Shown in pieces: positions 27,447 to 34,767 of a stretch of DNA of 64,000 nt; positions within the stretch are counted from its first letter, which is position 1, and each line of letters starts with the position of its first letter. The DNA is taken from sequence record OR844650.1. One strand, written 5' to 3'. A program made the position numbers and the translations under genes. The notes below the pieces were generated by a model. It saw only the letters and a list, made by a program, of their open reading frames with translations, was not told the origin of the DNA and did not search any database.

Positions 27447-27469
27447 AAAAAAAGCCCACCAGGTGGGCT
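27447..27469 (-). terminator. Intrinsic terminator
   Basis: AGCCCAC-CTG-GTGGGCT then long T run on minus strand. Confidence 0.75.
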
Positions 27470-27475
27470 ATGTAC

Positions 27476-27706
27476 TTAATCAGTGAGTAAAATATTAAAC
27501 ACTTTACCATTTAACGTTATTGGTGCACTGCTACCAGGCTCAAGATCCGTTAGTATACCTGCAATCGCTTTATCATTGGCGACCTTTCCAGTGTCCAACA
27601 GTACGACAGTACTGATAAGATTAACGCTCGTTTCAATATCATAATGCACGGCGTTAAGTAGTTGTGTAGTACTGCTTTCGTTAAGTAAAACAATTCGCTT
27701 AGTCAT
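27476..27706 (-). CDS. Early hypothetical protein
   Basis: 76 aa. Confidence 0.7.
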   Translation of the reverse strand: MTKRIVLLNESSTTQLLNAVHYDIETSVNLISTVVLLDTGKVANDKAIAGILTDLEPGSSAPITLNGKVFNILLTD

Positions 27707-27727
27707 GATGTTACCCCGTAGTATCTA

Positions 27728-28027
27728 TCAACGGCAATTAATAACGCCAGTATGAGTTACTTTCTCAGTATCCATAACAGTGACCGAACCGCGTTTAGTA
27801 CTTGCATCGTAATAAATTGTCGTGCTACCTTTTTCGTCTTCTTCATGGAACGGCCCGTTTTTAAATGCTTCCGGCTGGATCTCTAAATCCTTTAATACAA
27901 TCTCGCCAGTTCTTTCATCGGTCATTGCAACAGTGCACTGAATGAATTTTTCACTACTTACATCTAATGACGCATTAACAGCGAAAGAGGAAACAGATAA
28001 AGCCAGGGCGATGATTGCAATTTTCAT
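27728..28027 (-). CDS. Exported early protein with signal peptide
   Basis: MKIAIIALALSVSSFAVNA signal-peptide pattern. Confidence 0.75.
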   Translation of the reverse strand: MKIAIIALALSVSSFAVNASLDVSSEKFIQCTVAMTDERTGEIVLKDLEIQPEAFKNGPFHEEDEKGSTTIYYDASTKRGSVTVMDTEKVTHTGVINCR

Positions 28028-28111
28028 TTGATTATCCTTAGTTACCAGGGGGAACCGCTCCCCCTTGCGATGTAAAATATTATACAGTACTAAAAACTAT
28101 TATCAAGTACT

Positions 28112-28348
28112 TTATGATTTTTTATAAAACATTTCAGCAGTGATATTTTTACCCGTTGGCTGTACTTTATCCAGAATTTTTTGATGCCCTGGCCGTCCAA
28201 ATGAATATGATCCGTAAACCGTAAACCAGTAGTTACCCTCAGTGTTTACATGTACAGCACAATAGGGAACGCCCCGCGATTCATCACTAGTAAAGTGTGC
28301 TACCGTTCCCGTTACATTCGAAGACGTTGATTTGATTTGTTCGACCAT
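28112..28348 (-). CDS. Early hypothetical protein
   Basis: 78 aa behind cassette. Confidence 0.7.
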   Translation of the reverse strand: MVEQIKSTSSNVTGTVAHFTSDESRGVPYCAVHVNTEGNYWFTVYGSYSFGRPGHQKILDKVQPTGKNITAEMFYKKS

Positions 28349-28491
28349 TTTCTTATTCCTTAGTTACCAGGGGAACCGCTCCCCCTATGCAAAACATTAT
28401 ACGCGTTTAAAAACTAATTGCAAGTATTTTAATAAAAAGTATTTGAAAAATAGTTGTTGACAAGTGCATCCAGTACTGGCATAATTACTAC

Positions 28492-28600
28492 ATCAAGACG
28501 AAACAGTCACTAACCCACCGGGTGCCGAGATCCGTCTATTAAATGATTCAGTACTGAAAAAGTAACGGGGAGTTATTATCTCCCCGCGTTGTTATTTTGT
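28492..28600 (+). ncRNA. Putative plus-strand small RNA, CCCANNGGGTGC family copy G
   Basis: TTGACA-17-CATAAT at 28457-28485, motif 28513-28525, CGGGGAG/CTCCCCG hairpin 28566-28586; no ORF. Confidence 0.5.
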
Positions 28601-28813
28601 AAGGTATAAACAGAAGTCACCTTTATTTGCTACGCCGCCAGTGTAACGCGATGAATAGTTAGAAACGTCCTGGACTTCTGCTATTACCAGGGTATCATCA
28701 TTCAATTCGTCGCAGAAGCAAACGGCTGGATCTTGTACGCCGATTTTGTCGGCATGTTCCCGCATAGATTTAACCAGTGCTTCCAGTTGGGAAAGAGTAG
28801 TGATATTAGCCAT
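28592..28813 (-). CDS. Early hypothetical protein
   Basis: Start MANITT after GAGGA. Confidence 0.7.
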   Translation of the reverse strand: MANITTLSQLEALVKSMREHADKIGVQDPAVCFCDELNDDTLVIAEVQDVSNYSSRYTGGVANKGDFCLYLTK

Positions 28814-28900
28814 TTTATTTTCCTCATTACCAGGGAGAACCATTTCCCCCCTCTATGTAAACCATTATACAGTACTGAAAACTAATTGCAAGTACTTTTT

Positions 28901-29104
28901 TTAATTTAATTGCTTTAAAACATAATCAAAGACACCACGCACATCATTGATCATTGCCGTGCGGTTAGCAGGTAACGCATCAGGATCGCCACTATCCCAG
29001 GCATTGATAAAACTCCCCAAATCATGAAAGATTTTATTCTGTAAGCCGATTAACTGCAATTCTTTTTCTTCAAGCTCTTTGATACGTTCAATTAAATCAC
29101 TCAT
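28901..29104 (-). CDS. Early hypothetical protein
   Basis: Start MSDLIE after AAGGA. Confidence 0.7.
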   Translation of the reverse strand: MSDLIERIKELEEKELQLIGLQNKIFHDLGSFINAWDSGDPDALPANRTAMINDVRGVFDYVLKQLN

Positions 29105-29121
29105 TATATAATCCTTAGTAC

Positions 29122-29403
29122 TTAACTGTAAGATCCGCAACGGTCGCAGTAGTGCCCCTCGTCATCGTCAACGAATTGACCAACGAAATTATCTACTTTC
29201 GCTTTCAGGTTATTATAATCGTTTTCTACTTCCTTTAAACGCTTCTGGTAGTATTCCAGTGCTTTAAGATATGCCGCGTCAGCAGTTTTCTCCTGCATAG
29301 CTAAATTCATGCCACGCGTTTCATCGTACAGCCAAAAACCATCGGTGCACTGGCTAATAGATAATGACTTGCTTAGTACTGTATAGTTAATTACTTTACT
29401 CAT
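29122..29403 (-). CDS. Early hypothetical protein
   Basis: Start MSKVIN after GAGGG. Confidence 0.75.
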   Translation of the reverse strand: MSKVINYTVLSKSLSISQCTDGFWLYDETRGMNLAMQEKTADAAYLKALEYYQKRLKEVENDYNNLKAKVDNFVGQFVDDDEGHYCDRCGSYS

Positions 29404-29461
29404 TAGATAAACCCTCAATAAAGGCGGGAACCATTCCCCGCCATTGTTACAGTACTGAATA

Positions 29462-29701
29462 TTACATTCCAACCATTGCAGCACGGATCGCCGTAGTGCT
29501 ATACTTGAATCCGTCCGGCGTTGTAGTAGTACCGTTGGCTTTTAATCTGCGGTACATACATTCCGCAGCAATATCTTTAGTTCTACTTTGTGCGATGCAA
29601 CTTTGAGCAAGCCGATACAATGACTCACCGTTATTAATCCATAAGGAAACATTCCAATGAGTTTTGTTTTTGTGCCCGTTGTAAGTTTTAGTACTAGCCA
29701 T
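29462..29701 (-). CDS. Early protein, paralogue of 31501-31740
   Basis: GHKNKTHWNVSLWINN and identical TPDGFKYSTTAIRAAMVGM end. Confidence 0.8.
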   Translation of the reverse strand: MASTKTYNGHKNKTHWNVSLWINNGESLYRLAQSCIAQSRTKDIAAECMYRRLKANGTTTTPDGFKYSTTAIRAAMVGM

Positions 29702-29793
29702 TTTTTTTAATCCTCGTTTGAGCGGGGAACCACTCCCCGCCTCGATATAAAGTATTATACGCCTTTAAACTTAGTTTGCAAGTACTTTTTAAA

Positions 29794-30405
29794 TTAATAT
29801 TCGATTGATTCTACTACACCATCAATGACATTGAATTGATATTCGTTACCCTCAATCAGTGCCGTAATGTTTTCAGTAGTGAATTGATCCTCATATGCAT
29901 TCTCTAAATCACGGTACAACTTGCGGGACAATTCACGAATAGTGTCAGTGAGTAGTTCCTCAAGCTCATTAACTAACGTTTCTTGTTTTGCGGTTAAATC
30001 AGTGTAAGCCGATTCAATGTACCCGCTTACAGTGTTCTCATGCGAGTAGTGGGAGTGAGAACGCTTTACACTCATCGCCAAATCATCTTCATTCAGCAAG
30101 TGACGGATTGAGCGATACTTAGTTAATGCTCTTACCTTGCGTAAAAACTTCACTGCGTCAACGTGGTCAGTACTGATTGATGCACCGTCACCCTGGGACC
30201 AAAAACCACTGAATTGTATTTCAGCGTCATTAATGCCATATTCCGGTAGTACTGTTTCTTTATAGTATTCAATTTCACTTTCAGAAAAATAATCATCGTT
30301 TAAGTTTTTTTCACGTTCCCGAACCAGTTCGATAGCTGACGTTTTTTGTTCTGCGTTCAATTCAGAAAAATCCATAACGAAAGTAGTAGTAGTGATAGTT
30401 TTCAT
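29794..30405 (-). CDS. Acidic conserved phage early protein (FSGFWSQGDGAS motif)
   Basis: 203 aa, Glu/Asp-rich; motif recalled from a widespread phage family. Confidence 0.8.
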   Translation of the reverse strand: MKTITTTTFVMDFSELNAEQKTSAIELVREREKNLNDDYFSESEIEYYKETVLPEYGINDAEIQFSGFWSQGDGASISTDHVDAVKFLRKVRALTKYRSIRHLLNEDDLAMSVKRSHSHYSHENTVSGYIESAYTDLTAKQETLVNELEELLTDTIRELSRKLYRDLENAYEDQFTTENITALIEGNEYQFNVIDGVVESIEY

Positions 30406-30469
30406 TTTGTAACTCTCATTCAGTAGTTGATGTAAGTATTATACGCTTTTAAAAACATTTGTCAAACTA

Positions 30470-30550
30470 TTTTATCAGGGGAGTTTTTCGTGTGCCTTAC
30501 TCCTGGGCTACTTAACGGGGAGTTACTTATTTCGTTCCCCGTCCTGATGT
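30470..30550 (-). ncRNA. Putative two-hairpin small RNA or long leader, copy 2
   Basis: Near-identical to 20240-20317; ACGGGGA/TCCCCGT stem. Confidence 0.4.
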
Positions 30551-30664
30551 AAAACATTATACGCCTTTAAACATAGTTTGCAAGTACTTTTTAAAAATAG
30601 TTTTCAGTACTGAATATTAAAAAAAAGTATTGACAGCATTATCAAGTACTGGCATAATATACCC

Positions 30665-30767
30665 CATGACAACAGCTAACCCACCGGGTGCACAATTGTA
30701 ACTGTAATAAACTACTTTTTCTATAGATACACTCCCGCACCCTATGGGCTACGGCTTATCTGCCAAT
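30665..30767. ncRNA. Convergent pair of motif-bearing transcripts (copy H plus, copy E minus)
   Basis: Plus promoter 30630-30658 with motif 30679-30691; minus promoter 30774-30802 with motif 30737-30749. Confidence 0.45.
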
Positions 30768-30832
30768 GAATACATTATGCCAGTACTGACAAAATAAGTC
30801 AATACCGGCAATTGTAAAGATTTGTAAACTGC

Positions 30833-31063
30833 TTATACTGCAATCGCGTCCAGGCTATAATAATAATAAGTGCCGTATTGGTGTACTTTATTACCTTTTA
30901 TTTCAGTACTGAATGAATCCGAACGGTTTGCATATGATGTTAATTTAAAGTACTTTGATTTGCTGATACGTTGCCATACACCGCAGATCCGCTGTAAGTA
31001 AGTAGTTTTATTCGTGGTAGTATCTTTTACGGTTTTAACTTCAGTCATATACATATTAGTCAT
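30833..31063 (-). CDS. Early hypothetical protein
   Basis: 76 aa behind cassette. Confidence 0.7.
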   Translation of the reverse strand: MTNMYMTEVKTVKDTTTNKTTYLQRICGVWQRISKSKYFKLTSYANRSDSFSTEIKGNKVHQYGTYYYYSLDAIAV

Positions 31064-31150
31064 TTTTATTACTCCAGGTTATAGGCGGGATGTGTTCCCG
31101 CTCTAGATGTAAAACATTATACGCCATTAAACATAGTTTGCAAGTACTTT

Positions 31151-31417
31151 TTATTCAAGTACTGCAATCTTTTTAGTACGGTACACGGTCACGCGGTTGC
31201 CCTTTCGGTCGAGCTTTATTTCTACCACTCGACGCGATACACTATCGGGACTTTTTAAGGCCGCTAACCAGTACTGTAATGATCTGGCTGTACTACGCTT
31301 TACAATGGCCCAACGTTCACCACTTGCCGATCCCGCACCCATATCTTTAAACGTTGCCCCGTCCTGGCGAGCGGCGATCCGAGCTTGTTCACGCGTCGCA
31401 AAATACTTAATATTCAT
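31151..31417 (-). CDS. Early protein, paralogue of 18726-19130
   Basis: Start MNIKY. Confidence 0.75.
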   Translation of the reverse strand: MNIKYFATREQARIAARQDGATFKDMGAGSASGERWAIVKRSTARSLQYWLAALKSPDSVSRRVVEIKLDRKGNRVTVYRTKKIAVLE

Positions 31418-31500
31418 GCTGTTGCCCTTATCGTTGGTGTATGAATAAAACACTATTATAAAGTACTATCACCGTGCAATAGTACTTTAAATAAATTCTA

Positions 31501-31740
31501 TTACATTCCAACCATCGCCGCACGGATCGCAGTAGTGCTATATTTGAATCCGTCCGGTGTTTTATCTTGTCCAGTCTGTTCTAAAAATAGCATCATATGA
31601 CGGGCCGCATCATTGCGATTAGTGCTATCGTTAATAAAGTCCTGGGCCAACCGGTACAATGATTCATCGTTATTAATCCAAAGGCTTACATTCCAATGAG
31701 TTTTGTTTTTGTGACCTAAGAACATTTTTGATTTTGCCAT
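31501..31740 (-). CDS. Early protein, paralogue of 29462-29701
   Basis: Start MAKSK after GAGGA. Confidence 0.8.
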   Translation of the reverse strand: MAKSKMFLGHKNKTHWNVSLWINNDESLYRLAQDFINDSTNRNDAARHMMLFLEQTGQDKTPDGFKYSTTAIRAAMVGM

Positions 31741-31823
31741 TTTTTTTAATCCTCTTATATAGTGGGGAACTATTCCCCACCTGATGTAAAACATTATACG
31801 CTTTTAAACTTAGTTTGCAAGTA

Positions 31824-32057
31824 CTATTTTTTCAGTACTGGTAAACCTTTGATCTCACCTGGCTGTACTTCCTCAAAGGCGACCGCCATCATACGGCTAT
31901 CATCTTCCTTACATTCTTCCATCGCATCACAAAAATGATTAATAACGTCCGGTGCAACGTCAACCACATCAAACAAGCCAACCTCAGTGCAACGGCTTAA
32001 AGCGTTTAATAGGTCAGTCAGTGCAACGGATTGAGAAACAGTTAAAATAGTACTCAT
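31824..32057 (-). CDS. Early hypothetical protein
   Basis: 77 aa behind cassette. Confidence 0.7.
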   Translation of the reverse strand: MSTILTVSQSVALTDLLNALSRCTEVGLFDVVDVAPDVINHFCDAMEECKEDDSRMMAVAFEEVQPGEIKGLPVLKK

Positions 32058-32151
32058 AAAATTAATCTCTTAATTTTAGTGGGGAACTATTCCCCACCTG
32101 ATGTAAAACATTATACGCCATTAAACATAGTTTGCAAGTACTTTATTAAAC

Positions 32152-32514
32152 TTATTTGTAAATTTTGCCACTGTCAGCCCATACCAGGAAACGAGGCATA
32201 TTATCCCATGCATCTTGTTTTAAGTTTAAGCCGTGCAATTCCTCAGTTGTTGCCATCCCTGGTACTGGCTTACTACACACCGCGAAATTTTCGCCCATGT
32301 ACTGATAAACCATCGTCAAATCATTTGAGATCATTACATGGATCATTGAATCAAGCATCAAAGTAGCGGCGTATTGTTCACGCTTAAGCGGCAACATTGC
32401 AATAAGTTCCCGATAAGCTGCAATGTGAATTTTTACAGTTTCAGCCGGAAGACCTTTCATCTCTTCGCGGAAGTTTACCAGGTTAAGCATGATTTTAGTG
32501 ATTTGAGTCGCCAT
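32152..32514 (-). CDS. Early hypothetical protein
   Basis: Start MATQI behind cassette. Confidence 0.75.
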   Translation of the reverse strand: MATQITKIMLNLVNFREEMKGLPAETVKIHIAAYRELIAMLPLKREQYAATLMLDSMIHVMISNDLTMVYQYMGENFAVCSKPVPGMATTEELHGLNLKQDAWDNMPRFLVWADSGKIYK

Positions 32515-32907
32515 CGTTTTAATCTCTCTTAATGTGTAGCGGGAAGTGTTCCCGCTCTCGATGTAAAACATTATACGCCTTTAAACATAGTTTGCAAGTA
32601 CTTTCTACATGTACTTTTAAAATAGTTTTCTTTCTATATAGGGGAACTATCATTCAGTACTGCAACCATCCAGGGGAACTATCTTTCTATATAGGAGTAC
32701 TATTATTCAGTACTGAATCAACCAAATCACTACTACACCCCGTAAAACGGCCTCAGACGCATTCTAACGCATTAATACACCTAAGCTATACATTTGCACC
32801 ATTCCAATCATTCCAGGGCTTTACGGGCCGTTTAAACGCGTTAAATTATTTTCAATTATTTTGTTTTTAGGTATTGACTTGATCCTGAAAAAGCGTATAA
32901 TTACTAC

Positions 32908-33200
32908 ATAGACGCGAGAAAGCGGAAACCCCAGAGGGTGCGGAATTACGCCCAAAATTCAAGATATAAAAAAAGGATACACTCCCGCACCCTAGCAGGT
33001 AAACGCACTTTCTCAGTACTGAAATATAGTACCATAGTACGGCCCAGGATAGCAAGCAAATTAATTAAAACTTTTTTGCTTCCAGGGTATTGCTTTATTT
33101 TTTCAGTACTGTATAATAGTTCCATCAAGTCGAGAAAGACTCAAGCCCACCGGGTGCATAGTTACGCCCAAAATTCAGTACTGAAAAAATTTTTAAAAAA
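32908..33200 (+). ncRNA. Two tandem plus-strand motif-bearing transcripts (copies I, J) with opposing degenerate copy F
   Basis: Promoters 32874-32901 and 33090-33117; motifs 32929-32941 and 33145-33157, each followed by TTACGCCCAAAATTC. Confidence 0.4.
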
Positions 33201-33340
33201 TATCCGTCCAGGCCGTTGACATTGCCCCCAGTTTATAAGATAATGATTCCAGATTCAGAAAAATCTAACTTCAGATACTGCGGGGAAACTATCCCCACGC
33301 GGTAGGGGAACTATTGGAAAAACAAAATAAAATTTTGATT

Positions 33341-33452
33341 TAGCCGTCTATACTTCCAGACGTGTAACCATCTAGCCGTTTAGCCGTCCAAACGTCTAGC
33401 CATCCAGCCATCCAGAAATCTAGCCGTTTAGCCGTCTAGATGGATAGCCATC
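33341..33452 (+). repeat. 8-bp periodic array, consensus TAGCCRTC
   Basis: Units in register at 33341, 33373, 33381, 33397, 33405, 33421, 33429, 33445. Confidence 0.8.
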
Positions 33453-33650
33453 TTTACTTCCAGACTTCTGGAGGGCTAGACATATCTACGTCCAAAATCC
33501 ATCCAGGGTAACTACACCCAAAATCCGTCAGTACTATACCATAGATCTATCTTTTGAAAGGGAGTATTCAGTACTGCCATCATAGCCCTCACTATGTTAC
33601 CCTAGGAGGATGAAGACCATCATGTAGTACTGAATACTGTTAGAGGGAAT

Positions 33651-33670
33651 CCACCAGCACAAGCTGGTGG
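33651..33670. other. Inverted pair of Chi octamers
   Basis: CCACCAGC-ACAA-GCTGGTGG. Confidence 0.8.
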
Positions 33671-34549
33671 CATAATGCTTTAGATTAAAATCAGTACTGA
33701 CACCATTCTGTTAATATCAGTACTGTTATTACGATTTTCATATGAGGTTCAAAAAGATGTACCACCACAGGAGGAACTATCTTTTCTGTACTGTCTCACG
33801 ACAGGAGGTAGAGTAAATGAATTGTTCGCAGCAACTCATCACCCTATGTAGAACATTATACAGTACTGAATCATAAAGTCAATAACTTTCTTTCATCTTT
33901 CAGTACTGATATTCTTGAGAACTACCCGACTACAAACATCATTATATCCCACAAATCATAAACGTCCCAACGTAAATTTCAACTTTCGAAGATCCAACTT
34001 TTATTTCATAGGTACTCCAAAATTTTTAGGATCGAGATTTAGGATGGAGTACTAACCAACTTTTTGCTGGAGCCTCAAGGGGTAATGGAATTTTACCCCG
34101 AAGGGTAAAGGGGTAATTGAAATTAAGGTGAAAGTAATAATTCAGTACTAATCATTGCGTGATTACTTTTGATTACATTTGATGTAATTTGCAAAATGGA
34201 AAAGGAGCTTGGAAACTACAAAGTACGGCAGACTTCCTCTGCCTACTTAGTGGCATATCGACACCTTCAGTACTGAATACTTTTAGGGCAGTACTGAATC
34301 CTTCCCTAGCATTCTTGAGTAATCTTGTCTATAATAATCAGTACTGAATCATATATAATCATTCTGTGATTCTACGGTGCTCATATAAATGTTTATATAT
34401 GATTACTTATGACTACATATGATTACGGGGTTTAGCCTGGGGAGAATCCTAGTGATCGCATTTGTCCAGGCTGAATTTTAACAATTCTTCTAATTGTTAA
34501 AGCCTGTCCAATGCTTTCCCTGCGGAGCTTCCCCTGTCTATATGTTGAA

Positions 34550-34756
34550 TTACTTCCTATATATAAGCATTAACATATAGTAGTACTGATTATGCTGTAC
34601 ATTCTCTTTAATATTATAAGGGTCTATAGCAATCTCGGTACATCTGTTAAATGCATATCTATTAAATGCCAGTACTATTATAGATCTAATCCATGCTTGG
34701 TCAGTCGGTGGTAGTTTACTTATATAGTACTCTTTATAGTTTTTTATGTTCTGCAT
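34550..34756 (-). CDS. KEYY-family small protein
   Basis: KEYYISKL...MLIYRK. Confidence 0.7.
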   Translation of the reverse strand: MQNIKNYKEYYISKLPPTDQAWIRSIIVLAFNRYAFNRCTEIAIDPYNIKENVQHNQYYYMLMLIYRK

Positions 34757-34767
34757 AGTATACCTTA

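Larger units (their letters stand above)
13828..32598 (-). repeat. Dispersed family of early promoter + stem-loop + RBS cassettes (PeSL-like), about 28 hairpin-bearing copies
   Basis: Minus-strand consensus AAAAGTAC-TTG(CA/AC)A-N16-TATAAT-(G/A)(T/G)TTTACAT-..GGGGAA(N3-5)TTC(T/C)CC..-RBS-ATG; examples at 13828, 14697, 15671, 16222, 16716, 17020, 19563, 19833, 20827, 21124, 22765, 23200, 23749, 24353, 24682, 26180, 26497, 28047, 28370, 28832, 29720, 31084, 31762, 32079, 32539. Confidence 0.9.
12950..34540 (-). other. Early-gene island, candidate long terminal repeat or first-transferred segment
   Basis: Distinct composition, one sigma70 promoter per short gene, Chi cluster, non-coding repeat-rich edges. 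Confidence 0.5.

Noticed and set aside
16999-32571. N-terminal extensions in the ORF track such as MFYIE..., MYLES..., MVLP..., MILP...
   Set aside because: Their ATGs come from the -10 box (TATAATG) or the hairpin loop; proper RBS-preceded starts lie downstream
13828-32598. CRISPR array or type I-E repeat mimic (GTTCCCCGC and GCGGGGA occur in some hairpins)
   Set aside because: Spacing is irregular with full genes between copies, the stem polarity (G-arm first) is opposite to the I-E repeat, copies are tied to promoters, and no cas genes are present
32532-33219. ORFs 32532-32870, 32867-33055, 32938-33219, 32946-33128 (and 14302-14532)
   Set aside because: They run through promoter and motif repeats with no RBS; the region is better explained as non-coding
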